Origin: Fimbriosthenelais zetlandica
Taxonomy: Eukaryota
Direction: 5' to 3'
Length of the DNA stretch: 64,000 bases
Assembly: GCA_977030845.1 (NCBI GenBank)
Contig: OZ365110.1
Span: forward strand, 31,930,001-31,994,000
Shown piece by piece: positions 1 through 11,000 of this stretch (its first letter is position 1; every line of letters starts with the position of its first letter). A model generated the notes under the pieces. It ran no database searches and had not been told where the DNA came from. It was given only the letters and a program-made list of their open reading frames with translations. The position numbers were made by a program, and so were the translations under genes.

Positions 1-25
1 CAACATGTATCTGTATCTTTTCCAG

Positions 26-2532
26 ATTGATGCAGGTGGTGACAGACAGTTTGAGTGTAGGGCAACTGACGTTAAACGGTATCACGAATAACACCCAGGT
101 TACACTCAATGGTCTGAATCATGGCAATGCCGACATGCAACAAACGAGTAAGTTTTATATATATTGCCGCAGCTTAATATGCCTCAAATTTCTTTAAATG
201 AAGTGAGAAAGAATCATTTCTATTCACGCAGTCGTTCAAAAGGCTAGTAACGTTAATCTAATTTCCCATTGATGATTCTAAAGAGCCATTCTACATGTAT
301 TATTTGCAGCCCTGCTGGCTTCCGCTGATACCTTCAGTCATACTGGAGCACCTCTTTTCGAGGTACAAACAGAGACAGTGTCTGACCAATCAGAATTACA
401 GCTGACCACGCCCATGATAATCACAGCCACAAGTCAGGATGTGGTTGTCTCCAGCACAAATAACCCTGTAAGTACAAACAAGCACATCCACCTCAGATGA
501 TGTATGTTCAGAATATGCTGGTATTTATAATTTGGGAATGTATTATCACCACCCATTAAAACGTCTTAATTTAGTAGACATTTATTTAAAACAAATTTTA
601 AAATTATATAATACGGTAAACGCCGCCTACCTAGAGAGAGCATCTGTCCCTCCCCCGTAGTCGATGGTGGGCAGACGTCAGGCTACCGGCTACCCATTAA
701 TTTCTAGATACAGTAATAAACAAATAGATACATGTGTCCTTTTTAAAGTATTCTTCAAAGGTATATAATGTAGTGTGTATATGATTTTTGTGTCGTGATA
801 AATTTATTTTGCAGGCGCCAAAAAGAAAAGGGGGCTGGCCCAAAGGGAAAAAACGGAAAAAAGAAAAAGAAAGCAATGCTCCCAAGGCTCCTGCTACTGC
901 GTAAGTACCGGGTACCCTTAAACAAATCTTAAATTTAACAACCACACATTTATGTGCTTATGTATACCTGTTGTTCGTTAAAAATGAATGCAATGCATTT
1001 AAATTGAAGTCGTGTTTCTCAAAACTCATTTCCTTTCAGATATGTTCTTTTTGCGATGGAGCGAAGGAGCGCTATCAAAGAAACTAACCCTGAGGTGCCA
1101 TTTATTGAGGTAACTAAGATCCTCGGCAATGAATGGTCCTCCATGACTCCCGAGGAGAAACAGAAGTACCTAGACGCGGCGGAGGCGGATAAAAAACGTT
1201 ACATGGAGGAACTAAAGGAATATCAACATTCCGAGGCTTATCAAAGTTACCTGAAGAGGAAGAAAGTCAAAGGCTTGTGTAATGGTAAGCTGTCGGTTGA
1301 ATTATGCCAGTTTTGTTAACCAAATTAATTGTTAACAACAAAACCTGGGCCTTTATTGGGTTAGTGTTTGATTGACATAATACAAACTAAGCTGATTTTC
1401 CCTGTGTATTGAATTGTAATTCTCTTCCTTAAAGATGAGGAATCTACCGGTGCTGATGGACAATTTGTGGATTCATCAACTCTACTAAACGAGCTGGAGG
1501 TAGAGTATTTTCTATTTATTGAATCTATATAAGAAATAAAATGTTCCCTTAAATATTAGTAATAGTTTCCACAGTAAATAGGCTTAAACTCTTATTTGGT
1601 TTGCAGGAGGAAGGTTTGTACTGCAAGGAGTGCAATCAATACTTCAGTTCATTACACAATCGACGGGAACATATGTTTGGCAAGCAACACTTACAAGCAA
1701 TCACAAGTAATAAGTTACCTAATGTATTTTGATCAATTTCGATTTCTAAGTTTTAGAGAGGATTAAAATGGGCCTCTCATCTAAGAACCAAATAGAATTA
1801 TAGTGTGAAAGACACAAGTTTACATTTAGATGTATTTTTAAGCCTTTTTCATTTACTATTTTCATAACAGGTGAGTTTGAGAAGGAACTTCAGCAGGAGG
1901 AGCAGGTGGTGGGAGGAGATGGCACAGAACTGTCTCAGGACATGCTCACCTCAGAGTCAGACCAGTCCTATACGGGTCCTTCCTCTTCTTCATCCTCCAC
2001 TCCACTGGGCATCAGCAAATTCATAGAAGAATTCATGAGCAAAAACCTAGGTCAGTTCTGACAGGACGTGTTGTGGAGAATTTTATTTTTTTGACAAGTT
2101 GTCTGCAAAGCCACATTTTCTAACCTTTCCTCTTTTCAGACCGCGAACAAGAAATCAGGGAACTGAGACGATCAGTTGACATAGCTCGTCAAGAAAACAG
2201 CAATTCGTTAACAAAATTTCAACAATACAAGGTGAATGAAAATTCAAATACGTTGCCTAAGAGTATATTTTAAATAAAAAATCGAAATATTGATTATATC
2301 TTGGCCTCAACTGAGAGGTATGGAAAATTTTCTAATAATGTTTGAGTTCTGAATGAAACGTTTCCACAACCTATTTATGTTGCAGGAACTGGAAGCTAAA
2401 CTTGAGCAGGAACTGGGAAACCTCAAAGCATATCAAGCGGCCCTGGACGCTCAGATTGATGGTCTCCGTATGGTACCTATGCTTTTTGGAGTCATTAACT
2501 TTTACATCAACTCCAAAGATGATGAAAGCTGA
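26..2532 (+). CDS. HMG20A: HMG20-family (HMG20A/B, BRAF35/iBRAF-like) HMG-box protein with inserted C2H2/matrin-like zinc finger; 5' end may lie outside the window
   Basis: Nine phase-consistent GT-AG exons: 26-147, 310-467, 815-900, 1040-1284, 1435-1499, 1607-1706, 1871-2050, 2140-2231, 2386-2532 (TGA 2530-2532). Translation gives APKRKGGWPKGKKRKKEKESNAPKAPATAYVLFAMERR...NPEVPFIEVTKILGNEWSSMTPEEKQKYLDAAEADKKRYMEELKEYQHSEAY, the GWPKGKKRK + HMG box signature of HMG20. It also gives ISKFIEEFMSKNLDREQEIRELRRS, resembling the start of the HMG20 coiled coil ([25 protein letters not shown]). There is an in-frame ATG at 30-32, but exon 1 has an acceptor, so upstream exons are likely. The symbol is family-level; orthology to A vs B is not resolved. 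Confidence 0.85.
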
Positions 2533-3370
2533 CCTCAGACATCCTCTCTCAACCTTACATGCTGAAACTTTTTTCTACATCGTCTTGTTAATCGAAGTTC
2601 GGTTAAAGGAAAACAACGAAATATAATATCGGGCCCCATTCAAAGATTCATCTATAGACGAAACTTTAGTGGTACTTTGATATTCGTCACAGTTTAAGAA
2701 ATCCTGTTCTGAATTCTCAACTACACTCAAACCAATTTAACATGGGTGCCATACAGAGACGAATACAGAATGGGATTACCACGTAAGATTTGCATATAAA
2801 TGAACCTACCAATGAACCCCATGTTAAATTTTGAAATAGTTTTCCTTTAAATGAAAACATCGCGCTGTAAGCTTACATTAATTTCCGCATAATGATTGTT
2901 TTATAGCTTCTAATTTAGGCCAAATTAATCATGAAATGGACAAAGGTGTTAATTATGGACAAAGTTGGACAGACAGCGCTGTTAATTATGGAAATTCTAT
3001 TACCGGTATATATAATACCGATAGGCTTGATATCGTATACATTGTACTTGATATACATATATACTTTGGTTACTAATACTGAGACTAATATAAGACGGAC
3101 ACAAATATTGTATTAATTTATGTACAGGTTTACATGTATAATTTATTTGATTCGAAATGAGGTTCGAACGAAATATTAATTTACACCTGTGAGCTAACTA
3201 ATCGGGGTTTCCATTTGAAATATGGGGCCTCTAGAAAGAATTGGTATTGGACAATGAAGACGTGAAAACTGAACATGTTTACCTATTGTACAATTAAAAC
3301 TCTGGTCGAAAAAAAATCGAAAATAAAGATTTTTTATTACGAATTCTAGCTGTAGTCTACCATCAGTTAC

Positions 3371-3472
3371 ACTATTAAATATCCCTAGATAGAACATTAA
3401 TCTACCATATACTATTAAATATCCCTAGATAGGACATTAATGTACCCTATACTATTAAATATCCCTAGATAG
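3371..3472. repeat. 40-bp tandem repeat, ~2.5 copies
   Basis: ACTATTAAATATCCCTAGATAG starts at 3371, 3411 and 3451. Confidence 0.9.
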
Positions 3473-3490
3473 ACGGGGATGGACTATTTC

Positions 3491-4066
3491 TGCCCCGTGC
3501 GACACGACCCAACCACCGCCCGGTGGCGTCCTCGCGACCTATACGACAAACGAAGGAACTAAGATTACCGTAGCTGATTAGTGTTCCTGCACTAACACAG
3601 CCCTAGGCTGAAAATCATGACTGGTAACTCATATGCCCCGTGAGCGTAGCAAACTCCTCTTAATTTTGTTGTATAAATATTCTAAAAGAAATTACAAAAA
3701 TTAGCTCACTTTCCGTCCCATACGACTACCCCACCATCGGCAAAAGGAGGAACTAACGTTCAATGCTCGTTGCTCGGAATTTTCAGACGGCCTTTGTAGA
3801 TCTATTAAAGAATCAAAATCAACCCAAATTGAAATCTGTAGGTGGAATTCTACGAAGAATTTATCTCATTCAAAAGAACAAATTGAGCCAACGTTATGAG
3901 CGATAATAGAAGATTTAAAGGCCGCTTCCGGAATGTCGGAACAAAGTTGACGGTCCAGTGGCGCCCTCGCGATCTATACGGCAAATGACGGAAGTAAGAT
4001 AATGTCACTCATTGCCCCGAGCGACTACCCCGCCACCGGCAACTCTGGGAACTAACAGTCAATGCT
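3491..4066 (+). repeat. Modular conserved-block element, locus A (~299-bp period, ~2 units)
   Basis: CGACTACCCC recurs at 3723 and 4022; GTGGCG(T/C)CCTCGCGA.CTATACG.CAAA recurs at ~3523 and ~3958; blocks are shared with 9928-10537. Confidence 0.85.
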
Positions 4067-4083
4067 GCCTACACGCTTCTCTA

Positions 4084-4163
4084 CAGTCTGTTCACTCTAA
4101 GTTGATTCGAAACTACAGTACATATGTATGGTGGTTTCGGATCAACTTAGAGTGAACAGACTG
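4084..4163. mobile_element. 80-bp Tc1/mariner-type MITE (hairpin)
   Basis: 30-bp TIRs CAGTCTGTTCACTCTAAGTTGATTCGAAAC (4084-4113) and 4134-4163 with one mismatch; flanked by TA at 4082-83 and 4164-65. Confidence 0.8.
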
Positions 4164-4453
4164 TATCTCTTTCAGCCCCTTTTCTGTTCCTCTCAATTTC
4201 TTTGGCCTATGTAGTTCACCCCAAGGTAGACGGATTATCTGTCCCGGTGAGGCTATTCCGCTGGGAGGACGAGGATTGTTTACAGGCTAACCCCAAGGGC
4301 GCATCGAGGTTTTTTCCAAAGGGGGGTTAGGGTTAGACTGGTCCCCACGTCCTGATTTAAATATACTATTCCACGGAGCCCGCGCCACATAAGCGTAGTG
4401 GTAGCTCGGGGAACCAGTGTAGGTTAGGGTTAACCCGAGGCTTAAAACCTAAG

Positions 4454-4580
4454 AAATTAGTAGCCTTGACGTACAAATTAATGGACGTACAAATTAGTAG
4501 GTCTACGTACAAATTAGTAGACGTACAAATAGACTGAGAAATTTAGACGTACAAATTAGTAGACGTACAAATCAGTAGAC
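4454..4580. repeat. Degenerate 16-bp minisatellite (AAATTAGTAGACGTAC)
   Basis: About 6-7 copies of GACGTACAAAT(T)AG. Confidence 0.85.
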
Positions 4581-6551
4581 GGTGGTGGCGCTGCGGTCGA
4601 ACATACCTCGCGCCATTGACACCAATGCTGCCACGCGGGAGTCAGCGGTCTCTCCTTTATGTCTATGAGTGGGCCAAGGCCTTTAACATTGCCCCATTTT
4701 TTGACTATTTTATTTTGTCTTCCCGAGATTACCTAGTCCCGTGATCAATCTTGATGTTACGTAGATTTAGTGAGCAAAATAATAAGGATAAAAATTATAC
4801 CAGTTATCAAAAGGAACAATGACTATTATAATAAGTGTATGTAGGATGGTTATGAGGATAAAGTTAAGTTGCTGTAATTTGTTTTGTTATTATAGGCATA
4901 TAAAACTTATGTCTCAGTATTGAAGTGTATGCGCAGTGATGAAGAACAGTTACTTTTAATTAATAAATGTGGCCGTTATATATGTACCATATTATTAGTC
5001 GTGTCAGCAGTTAGATTGTACAAATTATTATATCAGTAAACTGAAATGAATCATGATGAATGGAAAACTTCTAGTCCTCTCTTCATTTTTTAGCGTTTAA
5101 AGTCACGATCGAATCTCGATATCTTCATTTCTTTAGAACTTTTTTCTTCAGCGCTTCAAAAATTTATTATCTATGCATAAATTTACTAAGGTTTCTTTAA
5201 TAATTATTGTGGTTTTGTTGTCCTAACATGGCTCAAAGTAAGTAAAAAATAATCGTCCCAATTTATAAAAGAAATAGTTGATCACTCAATGTCATTGCGA
5301 CTGAATTTTGAGGGATCGGATAATATTTGAAATTCACCAAAGCTCTATGGGTAAGTCCATTTGACAGCTAAAACATTTCTTGAATTATCAAAAGAACTTT
5401 ATGTACTGTGAATATCTTTTTATTTTTTCTAATGATTATGAAGCATCTAAAGTGAGACAGTTAAGTTACATTTTTTGTGAAAATTCTTTCGCCCCTAAGA
5501 CAATTTTCATTTATTAACCGCAACCAAGTGTTTTGACAAATTGTATTAATATACATAATATATTCTTGTTCCCTAAGATACACATTGATACAAATATTTC
5601 TTCTTGTGTAGCAGCTAAACATAACAACACGGAAGGCTTCAGACTTCAGAGATGCAATTTCTCCAAGAATTGACATCCCTGATAATGTGAAAAACCCTAC
5701 AACCAGTATCAGAAAAATGATAGGACTAACATTTTCTACTCAACTTCAAAGAAATCTGTTACTCTTTCCCCTAGTTTAAGATCATAAATTAAGACATGCC
5801 TTGGAAACTACTGTAACTTGGTTTTGTAGCAAGATTCTAGCTTGGTACAGGGAAAACTCAACAGTGGGGCATACCCTAACCCGTTGCGACCACGTTTGGG
5901 ACTTGAACTTTAAAGGGAGACTATCACCGATCAGCAATGAACGTTAAACTTGTTAATCTATGTCAATTCTAGGTCGGGCATTGGCTGGGTCAATCTGAGA
6001 TGTGGAACAGAGATAATTCAAAATCTCACCCTGTACAATAACGAGTAAAAGATCAGTGATAGAGCTGCTTTAACTAATTGTGGATGTATAACAAGATGAT
6101 TATGGAGGTGAGTATGTCTTTGTGACCTTAAAAAATGCTTCTGATATTTTAGCGGTCGCTTAGTGAGGTGGTCGCTTCGGCGAGGGGATTGTATAGCGAG
6201 ACCACACTGTATTTTAGTGCCAAAATTCATACCATGATACAAAAATATATCCCTGGTATAAATATATGAATAATAGCCTTTAAAGATGCCCAGGAGAGTG
6301 CACTCTTAGATCATTTTGCGAAAACATGCGGCTATTTTTTTCACACACCAAAAGACAGCAGCGCATGCGAGCCAAGATTACCCACTTTCTTAAGGCTTCT
6401 TTATTATAATTTAATATAACTTATCAACATATTCTGGAGACCATTCAGAATATATACGGTACGTCCCTTACATATGGAGTGATAAAAACAACTCAGCACC
6501 AAACATATTTACCTAGAATAAAGAAATGATAAACACTTACAAAAAAACCGA

Positions 6552-6625
6552 CAGAGATGCAAGTTGGGAAGCTTGTTGGAAAACCTTTTACTCTGAAAGA
6601 CTATTTTAATATACTTGCATCCCTG
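6552..6625. mobile_element. Small inverted-repeat element with CAGRGATGCAAGT ends
   Basis: CAGAGATGCAAGT (6552) and ACTTGCATCCCTG (6625). The same terminal motif recurs at 7588, 7944-7954 and ~21571. Confidence 0.45.
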
Positions 6626-7587
6626 CTTCGGCACTATCTCATTTGTATTGGCGAGACAACAAATATATTATCTACATTGAGTGAATTGCAGTATTATTTT
6701 TAAACATTGGCTTTCCCATTCAACTACATATTAATTGAAGTTGCAGGGGAAAATGGTGGAAATACGAATAGGTGCAGTATACAATGACCATTGAGTATAT
6801 TGATAATATACAGGTATACCTCCACCAAAAATTATTTGCACACTTTGAAACCATCCCCCTTTTTTCATGAAATCCAAAACTAAATAATAACTTTCACAAT
6901 TAAAAGATGTAATGGAATCTTTTCCTTTCTAGCCAGATCTGCTTTGAACGTTTTTTTTCAGTTTATCATGTGTCACTATTGAAATTACTGCCAAAATTAT
7001 AAAGTTTTTCAAGATGTGCCAATAATTTTTGGTGATACTGTATTTTATTCTATCACAGTAATGCGTTATACAGTGATACGTTTACATGATTCCAAAACCA
7101 GGCTAGTATTTTGGGTCACATGAACATGTGATTTGACTTGATTTGATTCCTTTTTTTTTTCTCATGAAAATCAATTATCGGCAAGAGAACGTATCAAGCA
7201 ATTGATTTTTTTTGTATCAAATCCTTCCCGCATACAAAATTTGGCTGCCAACCACTCCTCTCTCATTCTTTTTAAAATGTCAAAATAAAAATTAAAATAA
7301 TGATCCAAATAAAATAAACATTAGATAGGTTTGGCCTATCTCTAAACAAATAATAAAATATAAAGTAAATAAAATATACATGATTGTTAATTTCTTTCAA
7401 GGTTACCCAAGTAACCCTTTGATTGTCCTATTTTTTTCTATATTTTCATAAGAGATTACTATAATTCCTCAAGATTTAAAATAATAGGCTTACATTAAAT
7501 CTTTCCTTTCAGTGTATTCCTTATCCGTGGCCCAAATAACAGTGAATATATTAAGTATTGAGTTTTATACAATGCTTTCTATCGGGA

Positions 7588-7954
7588 CAGGGATGCAAGA
7601 TAGGCAGCCCTCAAAATTCTTTAGCATGAGAATTAGTAGTTCTTTAGCATGAGAATTAGTAGGGGTTACCAAAAATCAGAATCACTTAAAATACCATGTA
7701 TTTCTAGAATATTTGGCTCCTGACCTTTCGATCCAAATTGCTCTTATAAGAATTATGGACATTTTGCATACCGGTATATATAATATATAAAAATACATAT
7801 ATATCCAAAATCTGACATTTTTCACAATTTTTTCCTCAGAAATTTTACATTGGGGGTATTTGTTTTCATAAATGGGCCATTTTTTCATTTTGGACCAATT
7901 ATTAATATATTAAAAAAAAAGAAATTGGGTATTTGCCTGGCAACTTGCATCCCT
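7588..7954. mobile_element. MITE-like element bounded by AGGGATGCAAG inverted ends
   Basis: CAGGGATGCAAG at 7588-7599 and CTTGCATCCCT at 7944-7954; no clear TSD. Confidence 0.4.
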
Positions 7955-8015
7955 TTAAGAATAAATATGTGAAGAATGAGATATCAACGACAGCCTGTAC
8001 CCCTATAGCCAGTAG

Positions 8016-11000
8016 TTAGTAGCGAGCTACTGGCTGCCTCGCCATACGACCTCCACCCATGCCCCGTTGTTGTGTATTCATGGGAGCGGTCAACTTGTCA
8101 AGTTTGTCTTGGAGGTCTTCAATGCGCAGGTCTTTGAGTCGCAGGAGCTGCTCTAAACGCTGTACTTTGCCAGTTAGTATCTGGGACGATGCAAAGGATA
8201 AAAATTATTTATGGAAAATCAGGGTATAATTTGTTTTTTGCATAGCCATTTCTCTTTTGAGAAGTCCAACGACTTTCGACATACACTGTTAAATCACCTA
8301 ATCCTCTTCCCCAACCAAGCCCCTACACTACTAAAAACTACTTCAAAAACTGATTTCACTCACCTGGATTGATTGTTCTCGGGACATTATGGCCTGCTCC
8401 CGTTGGTCTAGGAGCCCCTTTGGCAGCATCTCTTGTTTCGCGCCACTCCGGCCGCTCAAGTTGCCCTGTGCTGGGGCTGGGGGATGCATATTCTTTCCCT
8501 GTGGACTGGAAATTAAAAGGAAAATAACTTCTGTGAAATAACTTTTTTGACAATATTGGGTCAGGTTTTCAAAGTATTCAATCTTCAAAAAGTTGTGGTT
8601 TTAAATTCATGCAGTATTTTTTGTTAATAAATCAAATTTGTTTCTTGAGCGTTTATTTGTCAAAATACATTGTACATGTATAGGCCTAGTGGATTTATAC
8701 CAAATATTTCAGTGAGGACATTTATTATTATTCGTCTATTTTAAGTAATTATAGATTCATGTGCATGGGAATAATATACACGTACAGTCTTAAAGGATGT
8801 TTTTAAAGTATAAATATAAAAGGGTTTGATGTGAAGTCTTAAAAGGTTTAATCAGGTGAAAGGATTTGGGTTGGCGCTAATCATTGGAGAAAATACCGAA
8901 CCATACAAAAATCTAATACATGTATGTATCAATATTCATTAATTGTTGGTGATCGAATAGAATAAGTAAATTTTGATTTATTAATGTTCAAAGTATATTA
9001 TATGAAATTACATTGTATGAATTATTGTCTCAATTTTTTTTTAATTATATTTTAAGTAGCTTTGTGACTAAAATGTGATTCTAAATCTCGTGGTCTGGCA
9101 TGACTGGAATTCATTAATTGTTTTTGATCATTCTGTGTCAAAAGAGGATAGTCAAGATTCCCGGAATTACATTTATCGCTCTCTAAAATGGACAGCGCCC
9201 TGGATTCAAAGGCCAGCGCCTTACATCTCGAGTGTAAAATAGAGGGTACCCCGATCGCCCGCCTTTCCCTGTTTGACCTTTTTGCAAGGTGAAGGTTTGT
9301 TGAAGATACAGAGCGCTCGCCATCACTTAAAAATGTTGAAGGTGTCACTGTAATTTCGCGAGCATTTTGCTTACCTATTTTCACACATGTGTATAGGCTA
9401 TAAATCGCGCGCAAATTTTAGCGCTCTGTAAAGCATAGGCTAATCAGTCCTTTTAGACCAAGTAACTAGTGGTTTGGAATGGCGAGCGTCCAGAAATATT
9501 AGGATACTTTATCATACTTTATTAGGCCCTAATAGTTTCTATTAGGCGGGTGCCGATTAAGCAAGACTCGGCTGATTTAAAAAGATAATTGAAAATTTGT
9601 CTTCTCTATCATTGTTTATACTAGGGCCTATGCTATATTAAGACAAATTCTAAGATAACCGAAAGATTTCTGAACGATTTTGGTGCTTTCCTGTAATGTA
9701 AAATGCTGAGCGATGCCCCAGTACTAGTCTGGTCAGGGATGGTCGATTTTCCTTGGTCTGGCTATGATACAGTGCAGCCACCTGGTGTTTACATTGTGCA
9801 TCGAGAGTGAACTGAGCTCCGCCGCGTCTTTACCTCAGCGCTAAACCACCAGGTGCCAGCACTGTTTCTAGTCGCCACCATCAGCTGAGTGCCCAACTCC
9901 AAGGCCAAGCCGGTTAATGCCGGCGTCGCTAGGAATTTTCAGACGGCGTTTGTAGATCTATTAAAGCACCTAACAGAGCTACGCGGCCTGTAAACGGCGA
10001 GAGAAATTAGAAGTGAGCGATAATAGGGGTTTGGGCGGATCCCGGCCCAGAACGAGCATTGACCGTCCAGTGGCTCCCTCGGGACCAATAATACGGCAAA
10101 CGAAGAAACTAAGATAAGAGAACTTTCTGCCCATGCGACTACCCCACCACCGGCAAAAGCGGGAACTAATGCTCGATGCTAAGTGAATGGTAGCCATTGA
10201 TAAAGCATTGAGCTTTAGTTCCCCCTCTTGCCGTATAGCTGCGCAAGGGCGCAACCCCTATTATCGCTCGATCACAACACTGCTTCCATTCACTCGCCGT
10301 TTACAGGTTTTCAGACAGCTTACCTCTGTCCTTTCCATACGATGAATTCTTCGTGAGAATCTACCGACGAATTCCAATTAAGGCTCATTTTGGTGCTTCC
10401 AAAGATCTACAAATGCCGTCTGCAAATTCCGAGCGCGCTCCATTGACTTAATTAGCATTGAGCGTCAGTCCGGTGGCGGGGTAGTCGCATGGGGCCGAAA
10501 TTGACTTAATCGAAATCGTCACCGGACGGTCAACTTTAATTCGATGTAGTTTCTTGTTCGATGTAGTGCGCTCGCCAAATTCATTATTTAGGCCTACATG
10601 GCACCCGCCCAACCAAATTTGTCTAGGCCCACTTCACGTTTTCATAATTTAGGCTATAGGCAAATAGGGTCGCCAAGGCATTGCTAGTAATTTCAGCCCA
10701 TGCATGTTAAAATTCTGTACACAGGGTGCTCGCCATTCAGTTGTAAATTCTTTGGGGATGGATAAGCCTATGTTCTTAGAGGGTGCACTCTATCTTTCAG
10801 AGCGCCCGCCTTATATGATGGCATTGATATTACACAAAATTACTTTGGGGGTGCTCTGAAATTTGCAGGGTGACGAAAATGAGATTCCGGATATCTTGAC
10901 TACAATGTATCAAAAGGTGCACTATGATACATTCAAGATTTCTAGGCAAAGCGGTAAATCTGCCCGAACATTCAGTGGATTTTCTGTGGCAAACTGGTTG

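Noticed and set aside
3772-3810. Block E (AATTTTC...TTGTAGAT) looks superficially like a Cas12a CRISPR repeat, and the block/spacer layout looks CRISPR-like
   Set aside because: There is no TCTAC/GTAGA stem, the blocks are different sequences rather than one repeat, spacer lengths vary widely, the context is eukaryotic, and there are no cas genes.
4325-4433. GGTTAGGGTTAG telomere-like words
   Set aside because: Only 1-2 units each; common inside repeats and not an interstitial telomere array.
7932-7944. TTTGCCTGGCAAC, an RFX X-box-like site near SPEF1
   Set aside because: It lies downstream of the SPEF1 stop and abuts the CTTGCATCCCT terminal repeat of a MITE-like element, so it is better explained as TE sequence.
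10616-10626. AATTTGTCTAG matches the vertebrate U7 Sm site
   Set aside because: No 3' hairpin and no histone-downstream-element complement; an 11-mer match is plausible by chance.
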